DNA from: Octopus vulgaris
Taxonomy: Eukaryota
Assembly (NCBI GenBank): GCA_951406725.2
Contig: OX597814.1
Span: forward strand, 37,696,001 to 37,760,000
DNA: 64,000 bases
Direction: 5' to 3'
Under the pieces are notes generated by a model, which was not told where the DNA came from, did not search any database, and saw only the letters and a program-made list of their open reading frames with translations. Each line of letters starts with the position of its first letter. Position 1 is the first letter of the stretch. Below are positions 28,181 to 41,136 of the stretch, one piece after another. A program made the position numbers and the translations under genes.

Positions 28181-28394
28181 TGTGCCTGCGGAGAGTCATA
28201 TTTTCTTTTAGTGCAATATAATTTAACTCATTGATCGGTAAAATTAACACTCATTTGCTTAGTTACTTTTCTTAAATTTTCGTTGCGTCGCATTACAAAA
28301 TCTTTAGAACGATAAATAAGTAACATTGGAAACTTTTTCCGGTGAGTGTGTTCAATTATCAGACACTAAAAGAGAATGACTATCCACAGATACA
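28181..28394. mobile_element. Fold-back / MITE-like element
   Basis: TGTGCCTGCGGAGAGTCATATTTTCTTTTAGTG pairs with CACTAAAAGAGAATGACTATCCACAGATACA. Inner arms (ACTCA..CGGTAAAA / TTTTCCGGTGAGT and GTTACTT / AAGTAAC) also pair. Confidence 0.65.
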
Positions 28395-28462
28395 ACAGAA
28401 TATACTTCAACGCACGCATGAACTCACATAAAGAATCTTGAAATCCAAATACCCAAATTATA

Positions 28463-28493
<31 letters not shown>

Positions 28494-31400
28494 GTATGAT
28501 AAACAAAATTTATCATAGATCATATTTCACTGACATTATGCGTATTGTTTCAGGGATGGATTAGCAGAAGTCCACCATTTTTGTATCATGTCTTTTGAAA
28601 TGATGCAAATTTTATCGCCATGTCACACTCTCATGCCATGCATGCATTACATCGTACTGAAGTTATATCAAGTCGTAACAAAATCTTTACTTTTAAGAGC
28701 CGTACACTATTTATTTATTTTTGAATTATTTATTTATCTTTGAATTGAAAAGATTGTGTTAAGTGTTAGCAACGGAAGGTTACTTTTGAATGCAATATTA
28801 AAATTCTTATCATAGTATTAACGCTTTTTCAAAGTGTGTGCCACAGTTTTATTTCAGAATAAACCTTTGATCGACTCGAGCTCACGTACGAAATCGTTAT
28901 TTTATACTGTTATATTCAGAGCTGGTGACACAGCACTATAATTCCTATTTGATATTTTTAACATTATAAATCATCGAACTGACGCCCAACGCGTCTTCTA
29001 TATACGCTTTCGAATTAAGTTTCGTAGTCTTTTGAAAATTGACGAATAAGGATGTCATAGAAAAAGAAATCAATGATTAATGGTCGCACAGGATGAATAA
29101 AATCTTTAAAGTTTATTTTTCCTCATTCGTTTAAATTTTCTTTGCAATGGTATTCGACGAAATGAATAGCGACCCTTAAAAAATCGATTCCAAGATTTCC
29201 GTGTTTGCTTTTAAAAACATAATGGCTACTATATATAAAATTTCTTTTCTACATTAAAGAAATTCGTATTTTCAATATGCGTTTTGAATATATTTCATTT
29301 GAACGCCCTTTGAGATCTGCTTCACTGACAATATTGAGTGCAGTTTCAGAAATAATTGGACATTATTAGGAAGAATATTAAATCATATCTTTGTTATATA
29401 TAGACAACCAGTAAGAAGCGTGATGAGTAGCATCTTGGGTGCTAAGCGCCTCTCATGTTCTTGCTAAAAGAAATACTTTACTCTCTAATAAGGTGAATAA
29501 ATATGCAGAGAAATTATGGAAACATCGTTCATTTTATTAGCCGGTCTAAAATTGTCAATTGCACTTTTACATGCCAGCACTTTGTATCCTTACCTTCCAG
29601 AATTTCAGTATATCTTTACCACTGAATAATCAGAACTGGAGAAACCTAGAAGGGATTATTGGATGTTATCTTTGCGGAGTGAGTTACTCGTTGAAGAAAT
29701 CATAATTCCCTACGGTAATACTGAAAATGTATGTCTTTTTTATATCACAAGAAAATACAATTGTCATAAGAACCTTTTAGTTTACCATGATACGATATAT
29801 GAATAACATAATATACTAATGTAAGAATACATATTGGGACTGAAATATGTCTTAAATGTTCACTGGATTTACTAACGATGCGAGTCACTCCAAATTACTA
29901 GTATCTATTATACGTTATGCAAAAACATTTAGAAGCTTACAAACCACTTTTAAACAACAACAAAAAAAGGTTTTCGGCTAATGACTTCTGATATTCATAC
30001 AGGATTAATTTCACTTCAGATTTTGCATTGCTCGTTGTATTAAGTTTGTTATCACTTTCCCTCTATGGTTTCTTATATTCGTCGTACTTGTGATGAACGG
30101 CTATGCACCATTTAACTACCTACAATATGAGAGTTGGACCACAGAATGAGCACACTATGAACAAATGAAATACGGCGCTATGCAAGTCCTCTGATATATC
30201 TGCCATTATATTGTACTTTGATTTTGTGAGCAAAAGCTAGAACATAATAGCTGAATATTAATATACAGGCGTAAATTATGGAACAACATCACGTCTATTG
30301 TCAATATTCGATTAATGAACTAGTAAATGTAAATAAGTTTCTAACACATTTACACCGCAGCAGTATCTTTTCAGGGAACATTGATTTTCCCCCATAAGGC
30401 ATATTTAGAGTGTCCATGACATACATTACTGAAGCTATGGTTTATGATCCTTCATTCAAGAGCTCACCTGTTCTACATAAAGACTTGCCAGAATTATTGT
30501 TTGTGAAAACTTTTATTTTCCAGAATGCATTCTACATAGTTTTATGATGGCCAATTTATGTGAAATCCGATAATTAGAACATATTTAAATGTTTCTAAGA
30601 GTTCTTTTTAGTTCGGTAAATCACAATTTTTATTAGATTTTTAACTATGTTTCGATATCAACATGACCAAGATAGAGTAAAATAAACGACATGAATATTA
30701 TATTATACATCATAGATTAATACATAAAACGCAATTATTCTAAAGGCTATATGATAATGATTACGACGTTTAAATTCGTATTTTATCGTTTACTTTTCGT
30801 TAGCACACAGAGTGAAATATTCTTTGCAGGATCAGTTAATAAGCAACTAAAACATGTGAGTAATGCACAGGCGTTTTGGTGTAAAAAAAGCAAGCAAAAA
30901 ATATACCAATATTTCAATCCAATAGTGTCTGCGTGTTTGTAGGAGTGTAGGCAAGAGTCTCTCTGTCTGTATATCTCTATTTCTCTTTCTCTCTACACAC
31001 ACACACACATGTATATACATACATATATCGTCTGTGTGTACACATACATGATGTGCTTATATACCTTATAGATATATACATAAATACATATATATCCATA
31101 CACACACGCGAGTATTTAGCCATTTTCGTTGTACAGTTTCTCAATCCATATAACTGATAGTATATCAAATGGATCGTGTGTTCACTCAAGTCATGCAGTT
31201 TATTAATGTTGAGTCACCATGACACATTTTATACAATAAATACTGAGAAAAAATATTTTAACGATTTCTATTTTCGTTTATTATGCAAATACTTAATAGT
31301 TAACGCCTTCAAACAATACGTATTTTCATCGATGTTATCATGCCTAATTATGATGAGCTCTGACATACCTATGTTATGTACTTTCCTCAAAATTAATATC

Positions 31401-31994
31401 CGTACAAAAAATGTTTGTATTAATAAAAAAAAAAACATATTCATGCATGTTTGACAATACAAATGAGTATATAATTTAATGCTAATTATTCTTAAAATAA
31501 TTTGGAAAGCTAAACGACATATACTATACAAGTTTTTGCTAAATCTAAAAAATAAAAATAATTATTATGCCGTTTTTAGCAAATTATGAACGGAAACGGG
31601 AAAGTGAGTACAAAAAAACACTGAACTGTCGCTTGTCTAATTTCGCACGTAGCTGAACAATATCACTGACCGTCAAAATCAAGGACACAAAAAGAAATTC
31701 AAAAATCTCTTAATTGCCCTTTAGTTATGGGCTTCAACGATTTTCAAATGTGTATCGTAAGTATACGTTTGCATACAGTATCACACTAAACAACAATATA
31801 GAAATGATATTTTCTATTCAATGTCTGTTAAGAAATGAGCATCCAGCCACCTAAATTACATTGGAAGTCGAGCTATGAATTCCTATATCGGTGATGGATA
31901 ATGAAATATGTTCATTAAGAATATTTGCAACACGTGGTGCCAAACTTATTATTTCCTCGATATAAGTGGATCCCTGTATGTTTTCTATTAATCG

Positions 31995-33155
31995 GACTTT
32001 CTGAAAGATAGAAGTCAGGTGGTAGTAGCCAATTAACCTCTAGTAACACGCAAATAGTGAGCGGTGTTCCGCAAGGTACTGTTTTGGGACCACTACTGTT
32101 CATAATGGCCCTCTCAGACATGCCCTCAGCCACGCAGAGAGCCACGATCACAAGTTATGCAGATGATACAAAAATTTCACAGGTAATACAGAACACTGAA
32201 TACACTAAGCACCTGCAATGTGAGCTGGACAAAATATACAAGTGGGGTGAAAAGAATAGCATGCAGTTCAATGCTGAAAAGTTTCAAGCTTTATGCTATC
32301 AGCATGCAAACTAAATGCAATACCCAATAAATACACTGGACCTGGAGGGATTGCAATCCCAGAGGCACAATCAGTGCGAGACCCGGGTATGTACATGAAT
32401 AATGACGCAACCTTTCATGTGCATGTTGCTAAATTGACAATGAAATATAGGCGGCTGACCGGATGGATTCTTAGAGACTTTAGAACAAGAGACCAGGAAA
32501 CCGTGATAGTCCTCTGGAGGACACTTGTCCTAAGTCACTTTGACTACTGCTCTCAGCTATGGTCACCATCCAGTGTCAAATTAATCACAGAACTTGAGGC
32601 GACCCAACGAAGCTACACGAAGAAGATAGCCTCTGTGCAGCATATAAGCTATTAGAAAAGACTCAAGAGATTAAGACCCTATTCCTTAGAGCGTAGGCGA
32701 GAAAGATATACCATAATGTACATCTGGAAGATCCTGGAAGGACTTGTTCCAAACTTTGGCATCGAGAGTTACGCAAATACTAGAACTGGGCGCCACTGCA
32801 TACTGCAAAGGACTCCAAATTTGCCATCAAGATGTAGGACAAGATACTGCAATAGTCTGGGCTTCAGGGGTCCACAGATCTTCAACATCCTCCCCAAGGA
32901 CCTGAGAGACCTGTATGCGGTGGATGCAGATGTCTTCAAAATAAAACGGGATCTCTTCCTGACAGGTGTCCCTGATGAACCAACTTCCCGGCAGAAGGTG
33001 CAGATGAGGGAAGCTGCACCGAACTCTCTCATGCACCAAATGGCAATTGCTAAAAATACACTAAGCACACCGTGTTGCAACACCGAATGGGGGTGCCGCA
33101 GCATGGCCACAGCTCGTGTGCTGAAACTAGATAAAATTTTAAAAAAACCCAAATA
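31995..33155 (+). mobile_element. 5'-truncated CR1-group LINE (RT C-terminal part and 3'UTR), inactivated
   Basis: DFLKDRSQVVV, SGVPQGTVLGPLLF, YADDTKI, MQFNAEKFQ, LVLSHFDYCSQLWSP, LEATQR, SLERRRERY and IFNILP. It has a frameshift near 32310, a stop at 32653 and an A-rich end. Confidence 0.9.
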
Positions 33156-33636
33156 ATCTGGATTCGTATTGTGCACATAGAAGTAGAAATAGACGGAGGT
33201 CTCAACATCCACTCAAACACACACACACACACAATAAGAAATATCTGCATCGGTTTGTTCATTTTAAATAATTCCTTTACAACTCTTGAGATTGTTGATA
33301 AATGATCTTGCGAGCAGATTACAGAATTCCTGTATAAAGTTCCCTAATGATTAAATAGACCATGATTCCAAACACAAATTCAATATAGTTCTCACGTGGT
33401 GCGCTACATGGAGTGAACATACCGTTTTTTTTCTTTAATGATAGAAATATAAAAAAAGAAAGAGAGGAGGAGAAGGAGGAGAAGGAGGAGAAGAAGGAAG
33501 AGAAAGAGGTGGAGGAAGCGGATAACTGAATGCATGACGACTGCAGGTATATATATACAGAGACATGAATACAGTCACATTTATGTGTTGTAGTTGTTGC
33601 TACTATTGTTGTTGTTCTTCTTCTCCATCTTCTTTT

Positions 33637-33690
<54 letters not shown>

Positions 33691-33770
33691 AGTGTGTGTG
33701 TGTGTGTGTGCATACATGCATATAAATGTATAGATACAAAAAGAGCAATATAAACTGATGATGCAGATAA

Positions 33771-33774
<4 letters not shown>

Positions 33775-33830
<56 letters not shown>
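33775..33830. repeat. (GATA)n microsatellite
   Basis: Directly visible. A (TA)n-(GT)n tract lies at 33640-33710. Confidence 0.95.
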
Positions 33831-33831
<1 letters not shown>

Positions 33832-36534
33832 CGGACAGATAGAGATAAACTGACTGTTAAATGTAATCAGTTATCAAATGCTATCTCTGAAGTACGTTTT
33901 ATTCTAAAAACATTACATCCATAAAAGTATCTTTTTCCCAGACGACCTTCGATATTTAAAAACTATGCATAAGCTAAGTATATTATATATATATGAATTT
34001 TGATTCAGATCTACTTATGTGGCTGCATTGCCTGGATGTTGTATACTATTAAATCGTAAATTGAGAAAATTCAGAAGTGATCTTATGTCGCTCTGTTCAA
34101 ATGTTCACAACAACATTTTTGGTTTCATCTCATTAACTTTTTTAATTGTTTGTAGTAATTTTGTTGAATTTCATTCAATAAGTAACACTTTCCAAAGCTA
34201 TACATGCGCAAGGGACGATTCAAATTAGGAGAAGGAATTGCAGAGATATTTATTACGATGTTTATTACAGACTATAATAGATATACATTTCTGTATTGAA
34301 ACACGGATAATCAGTACGTAAAATTTACTTCTCCGAATGAACCGAACCAAATCACCACCAGATAGTAATGCTGCTGTTAATGCTCTTATTAAAGGAAACT
34401 AGTAAAAATGTATATTTAAACCATAACCATACATGCTCACACACATAGACTGATACACACAGGAAATCACACAATTGCCGTTATAAATTCGCATATTTTC
34501 AACAAACCAGTCAACTGTTTAATGGCTGATCTAGATTCAATCGACAATAAATTTAAATTAAATAGCAAATAGTTTCTTGATTGAATTACTTCATTCTTCA
34601 ACAAGCAGCATAGTTTTGTTTTTCATATACATTAAGACAAAGCAAAATAATCTGACCCATTTGAAACCCACCTTACAAATATATATCCACATTGATTAAA
34701 CTTTCACCGAAGACATACGCATATACATACATATAGATTCAAAAACAACAACTAAATTGTGAACGGATAACTGTCCACACCTAAACGTATTGTGTTGAGG
34801 CTCCAAACATCAGCAGTTAATATTTATTAAAATATCTGAATTGCTGACATTTTTCAACAAACCGCTGTCATCCTCTCACGAAAACTTAAAGACAAATACA
34901 CAATAATCAACATTTGTATTGTTTGTAAAAATGACCTGCATACTCTTAAAATTATATATGCATTAAGACATAACATTGCTCCCAACTTCTACACATTATA
35001 GTGACCCTAGAGAGCATCTAGAATATGAAACCTGGAGAAAGGGTGCCATAGAACGAAGAAGAGAGAGCGAAAGAGAGAGAGAGTGAGAGTAAAAAAACGA
35101 AAATGCGAGAAACGTTTACACTAGCATTAATTTGGTATTCAGATTTTGTTCAGTGGAATGTAGCTTTATGAAATGATGCGCTAGTTTGGAGGGCATGACA
35201 CAAGGCATGTTTCAGAAAACGAGCTCACAACCAATTCACCACTCGCTCACCATTTTAGCCACGAGAACACACGGCTTCACAAGCATAGAGGTACATTTTC
35301 ACATATTTATACACCATCAAAATATATACATAACTGAGTCTTAGAACGTTTTGGCGTTTTCGGCCTTGAATAAGACTTAACAAATAATGTTGCGCTAAAT
35401 TTAATCTATTTTAAGATTGGACTGGATGCAATATTATATATCATAACCTTTGAGACTTTTTACATCGAACATTAGTCGTAAAATTTGTTTGAAAGCGGGA
35501 TAGGTAATTATAAGTATAGTTTTATTTTCTAGTAAAAAGTTCGGAAACGTTACTTTTAACCATATTCCTCCGAATATTTAGTCATCTGCACTATCTTACT
35601 GTCATTAATTTAAATGTTCTCCTCCTCCTTTTTGAACACATTATTTACATTCTTCAATAATTGATGTACTTACTCAAAGCTCAATTAATGCTTTTAGAAA
35701 GAATTACTGAGTGTTGGATACCAAATTCACCCCTCTACTAAAAGAAAGTATGTGAATTCTGCCTTAGAAAATACTCAGTACTCTCTCGGAAAATTAGAAT
35801 ATTATTTATAGCAGAAAGACAATTTTCACTGTTATCATTTTGCATATTCAATGTTATTATTTTGCTAAGAAATTAAAGGGAGATAACTACAGCACCTTGC
35901 TGAATATCTTGGCAATAAATTTTTATAATATTGATGTAACACTCAAAGGAATTACAAAAAGTATCGTAACTCTTCATTTTGAAACTGTGCTCATTGCAAA
36001 AATATACATAAATATGCACAAACATTTAGTGAATTCAAATTGAAGTGAAACTCGTTTTAAATGTATGACTGACTGTATGGCCAACAGAACAGCGAATTAA
36101 TTGCAAACAACACAATTACTTGAGAATTTTCGATATACAAAATATAAGTATGTCTGGAGACCTTGCTTTACCCGCATTATTTATGCTTCTCGTTTTGTCT
36201 GAAAAGAGAATTTCCCTTTATATATCACTCTTCGATTTATTTCAGTTTCATTCTATTCTTTTAATGCAAATATGATTAAAATTAATTAAGAAATTATAAA
36301 GTACTTGAAAATGTCACAGGTTTACTCAAGGGTTTCGGCAGTGAATTTTGATGAAATCAGCCTCAAAAGTAAACTAGGGATCATTCTTTATAAAAAAATA
36401 TATTATATATATGGTTACTAAAACATGAAATGATTTTTGTTACCTTCTGGTTTTCTGCGTGAACAAACAAAAATGTAATTTTTGCATGTAAAACAAACTT
36501 ATGTATTTATATGTGTACCCTTCTAACTGCCTCC

Positions 36535-36623
36535 GTATGTATGTATATATGTATATATGTATGTATGTACGTATGTATGTATGTATGTATGTATGTATGT
36601 ATGTATGTATGTATGTATATATG

Positions 36624-36670
<47 letters not shown>

Positions 36671-36746
36671 TATACAGTATGTATACCCATCTATGTACAT
36701 GTATGCATATATATATTATACGTATGCATGTGTGTAAGTATGTATG

Positions 36747-36780
<34 letters not shown>
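36535..36780. repeat. (TATG)n/(TA)n microsatellite
   Basis: Directly visible. Confidence 0.95.
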
Positions 36781-36781
<1 letters not shown>

Positions 36782-37120
36782 GCATGTGTGTGTATTCTAT
36801 GCATCTAAGTGTGAAAGTGCGTGTACGTGTGTATATTTATGTGACTGTGTGAGTGTATCTATATTAATGAAAACGCCAACACTTTGATTAGAAAGTGATG
36901 AAATGTAATAAAATTGAAGTGCAGAGATCATTGATCAAAGGCAAAAGGAAACTGTTATTTAGCTGGTCTAAAATTACAGTAGTATAAGTGAAGTAATACA
37001 TTACTGTAATATTACCGAAACTAATAATACACGCCTGCCGTTACGATTATATGTAAATTTAAATCTTCAAAGAAAGCAGCATAGTCACCGATTTCTGGTG
37101 CGTATTATCGCTCCTTTCAA

Positions 37121-37210
<90 letters not shown>

Positions 37211-37212
37211 GC

Positions 37213-37248
<36 letters not shown>

Positions 37249-37361
37249 CACCACCACTACTACTACTATTGCTACTACTACTAATAATAATATTAAAAAT
37301 TAAAATACTGCTGCCAATGCCGCTACTACTATTGCTGGTATTATTTCTACTACTACCATGG

Positions 37362-37392
<31 letters not shown>

Positions 37393-37510
37393 TAATAAAA
37401 ACAACAACAACAACAATAATAATAATAATAATAACAATAATAAAAACAACAACAACAATAATAATAATAATAATAACAATAATAAAAACAACAACAACAA
37501 CAACAACAAC

Positions 37511-37541
<31 letters not shown>

Positions 37542-37745
37542 GTAATAATGTCGATATTTATAAGAATAAGAATAATTATGATAATAATAATAATAATAAT
37601 AACAATATTAGTCTAATAATACTAATAAGAATAACTAATACCCTTATCATCATCGTCATCATCATTATTTGTTTCGTTATTATTGTGACAATGATAATAA
37701 AGCGTTTGACGATGATGATGATGATCATGACGGTGACGATGATAA
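37121..37745. repeat. Compound trinucleotide microsatellite (CTA/ATA/CCA/ACA/ATG)
   Basis: Directly visible. It produces the poly-L/I/N ORFs. Confidence 0.95.
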
Positions 37746-38089
37746 AATTTGTGATGTTGACGAGAGATTGGAAAGGCGTAAATTCTGAACAGAAAAATGA
37801 AGTCGACAAAATCAATGCAAAGAAGATATAGGAGACGAGAACACGCAAGAGACAATAATGACAAAGTAGAAGAAAAAGAAACAAATAAAACAAACGGAGA
37901 AATATAATAGTGTGTTGAGATACCGATGTTGATAGTAATCATTGTTGAAAAGCCAAAACTGAACAGGAGTGATTAATTACAAATCATATGCGTACGTAAT
38001 AGTTTGAAATATCTTCCCTTAGAATAAGAGATATTTAGTTGTGTCGTTAATAAGGAGACATAACAGCTATCAGTGCCAAGTATATATAT

Positions 38090-39239
38090 TGCTATGAATG
38101 GTTCAGTCTAAGGCCAGTTGGCAGTGACCTACTTTGGGATAAACCCATTGTCCTGTCAGATTCAGGTGGATTGATCGGTTCTGCAACCCCTTTCGGGTGA
38201 TTTAGAGGTCGTTCTAAACACCCCTTGAAGAAGAAGAGGAAGGAAAGTGGTGAGAAAGATAGAGTAGGGAATCTAAGAGCAGATGGAGAGGGTATTGGCA
38301 GTAAGAGATGATGAGGGGCAGAGAGAAGAAAAGTAGTGAGAGAGATAGAGCATAAGGCTAAGGGACAGATTGAGGCGATAGAGATAGAGTAAGGAATCAG
38401 AGAGCAGATAGAAAGGTTATAAGCGGTAGAGACAGAAGGAGATGAGGGAGTGGAAGTCAGGACAGGGAAGTGAGGTTTTGGGCAGTTGGAGTCGGTCGTC
38501 GAAGAAAGACAGTGGGATTCTGGAAGTCAGAGCGAGTAGGTGGAATCTTAGGAGCAAGCGGTGGAATCTTAGGAGCAAGCGGTGGAATCTTAGGAGCAAG
38601 CAAGTTGGGATGCAGGAGTTTGGCAGGCTGGATTTAGCAGTATTGAGAGATGAGTGCAGAATGGGACACTGGCGATTCAGTTAGGAATTAAGGTATGTGA
38701 TTGTGTATTGATACGTGTCACGATGTAAAAGAAAAGAAGAGAAAGAAGAGAGAAAAAGAAGGACTCTGTCGATGTAGTCGATAAAGAACATTGTGAATTG
38801 AGTAAAGTACCTCTTGAATTGTAACGTGAATTGTTGTGATACGAACATTGTATAATGTATCGAAGTGTTCTGATTGGACTGTGACGTATCGTGAACATTA
38901 TTTGATCTGGACTTGTTGTGTCGTTACTGAACACTGTTATATTGTTACATGCATGTTGTTAAATGTTTTGATCTGTGGTATACCGTATGATGTATTGATT
39001 TGTTGTTTGCCTTAAATGCTTTGATGTTGTAACCATTGATTGTCATATAAACTAGTTGTTGAATGTAAGCCAGTGTTGCCGTTTTGCCTTGCCTCTGTGC
39101 CTCTGTATCTCTCTGTGCTCCTGCGGTTGTTGTTGTTGTGTCTCTCCTCTCCGACGAGTTTCTGTGGCGGGAACATTCTCTGATCGAATCGGGCCTGTCT
39201 GAGGGATTCCGTACAGTTTTCGGAGGTCCCCTCGTAACA
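38090..39239. mobile_element. Solo LTR, probably Gypsy-type
   Basis: Begins TGCTATGA and ends TCGTAACA (imperfect 8-bp inverted termini, TG..CA). ATAT flanks both ends as a 4-bp TSD. It is GC-richer than its flanks and has no gag/pol sequence. Confidence 0.7.
38539..38600. repeat. 21-bp minisatellite x3 inside the LTR
   Basis: GGTGGAATCTTAGGAGCAAGC repeated three times. Confidence 0.95.
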
Positions 39240-39240
39240 A

Positions 39241-39308
<68 letters not shown>

Positions 39309-39321
39309 TACACATATATAT

Positions 39322-39410
<89 letters not shown>

Positions 39411-39629
39411 AATATATACATACACTTATGTGTATATCTGTTGTCTCGTCAAAACAAATGTTAACTAAACAATTGCAAACATCACTCGTCGAGCCTTACA
39501 ATAGTGAAAACTTGCTCTATGGATTGTCGAGCCATTCAGAGGCTGTCACACACAGGGAAACTCATAAACGCAAACACAAGCACACTTGCACATGCATATA
39601 TGCATACACACACACATATTATATATATA

Positions 39630-40288
39630 TATATATATATATAACTCAACTTGTGTGTCTATGTGTGTATATGTGTGTGTGTCTGTGTGTTTAACTTCCC
39701 GGCAAACCTCCTCCTAGCCAACAAATCGTAGAACGACAAAAAATGGGTCACTTAAAGTTCAGGCGATTGAAAATTGGACTGAGCTATTTCTGTTCCGAAA
39801 TTCATCTCGCAAGTGCTGAAATTGATAATGTGTTTGTTTAGGCCTTGTCCCACGCATTGAATTGTGAACTTTACTCAGTCAGCTGTTTGACGTGAACTGT
39901 GTTCACCAAGCGTGTAAGCATGCGTAAATTGCATGAAAAATAAAAAATGAAGATATAAAAACGAATCGCCGTAAACATTGTAGAAATTCGGCAAAGAAAT
40001 TAATTTTCGTGATGTAGACTGGAGGGTTTTTTCGTATTAATCGTTTGGACTTTGTGAACACATACCAATTGTTTTTATAACATTGTTAATGCTTTGAATT
40101 AAATGTGACCATTTTGCGTTGAGTCTGCAGTTTGAATCACTTTAACCAAATTTTAGCAGGCCGGATTTATGATCATCAAGATACATCAGCCGGGGTCTCC
40201 CTGAAATCCTCGTTGAGAAGTATATATATATATAACTCAACTTGTGTGTCTGTGTGTGTATCTCTGTGTGTGTCTGTGTGTTTAACTT
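39630..40288 (+). mobile_element. Helitron-like non-autonomous element with head repeated 591 bp downstream
   Basis: (TA)n-ATAACTCAACTTGTGTGTCT..TTAACTT occurs at 39641-39697 and 40232-40288. The unit ends with GC-rich CAGCCGGGGTCTCCC..CCTCGT. Confidence 0.45.
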
Positions 40289-40338
40289 TTGGATCTACCA
40301 AGTTTCATTATTAAGGATGGAAAGTAGTGTGTATCAAA

Positions 40339-40644
40339 TCTTTATATATAAAGCTGAAGTTGTCTGTATGTGGCAGGTTTGGTAGCCTTCAACTAACACT
40401 CTTCCCATCGAGACTCTGCAGCGCAAGTTGATCAAAATTGTAAGTATGATAGAAGAGGGCCTGCTCTTCATTCTGTAGAAGATAAAATTCAAATCAGACC
40501 ATGTTAACACTAAAAATTATTTACATCAAAAAGGTGCTTTTTTCTATGAAAATCCCTATTTTTTACGATTTTTGACTGCTTTGTCACCATTTTTCATTGT
40601 ATTTCAACTGGAAAAATGTTCACAACACCGGGTGATACTGCTAG
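40339..40644 (+). mobile_element. Non-autonomous Helitron (copy D)
   Basis: Starts A|TCTTTATATATAAAGCTGAAGTTGTCTGT and ends CAACACCGGGTGATACTGCTAG, nearly the same terminus as copies A and C. Confidence 0.75.
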
Positions 40645-41104
40645 CATATATATAAATTTATATATATATACATACATACACACATTACAAGGATACACAC
40701 ATGCATATATATGTGTGCGTAATTTGGTGTGTGTGCGTTTATATATATATATATATATATGTGTGTGTCTGTATTTGTAGTTTGGTTCCATACTATTATA
40801 TTTAAATGGCCCGTATTCTACTGACTCAGCAGTTGTATATTGCCCTTGGCCAACGTAAAGCATGTCATGATTATAACAAATGGCATGTGTACTTTGATCA
40901 TGACGCTTAAATTACTAAGAATTTCATTGATTATATTATTAAACGATAATATTGACAGCAGCATGAATACGAAAATATTTGGAGAACGCATCCTGCACAA
41001 ATAGGTCCTGTTTTGTGAGCTCCAGGGAGGTAAATCAATAAAGTGTCAGTTAGATTTCCTACATAATGCGTAGGCGATTTCCTTTCAATCCAAAGGAAAA
41101 AAAT

Positions 41105-41136
<32 letters not shown>

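Noticed and set aside
37098-37942. Long poly-L/I/N/T ORFs
   Set aside because: They are translations of a compound trinucleotide microsatellite, with no domain or splice evidence.
38539-38600. Short direct repeats as a possible CRISPR array
   Set aside because: The repeats are contiguous with no spacers, no cas genes are present, and the context is eukaryotic.
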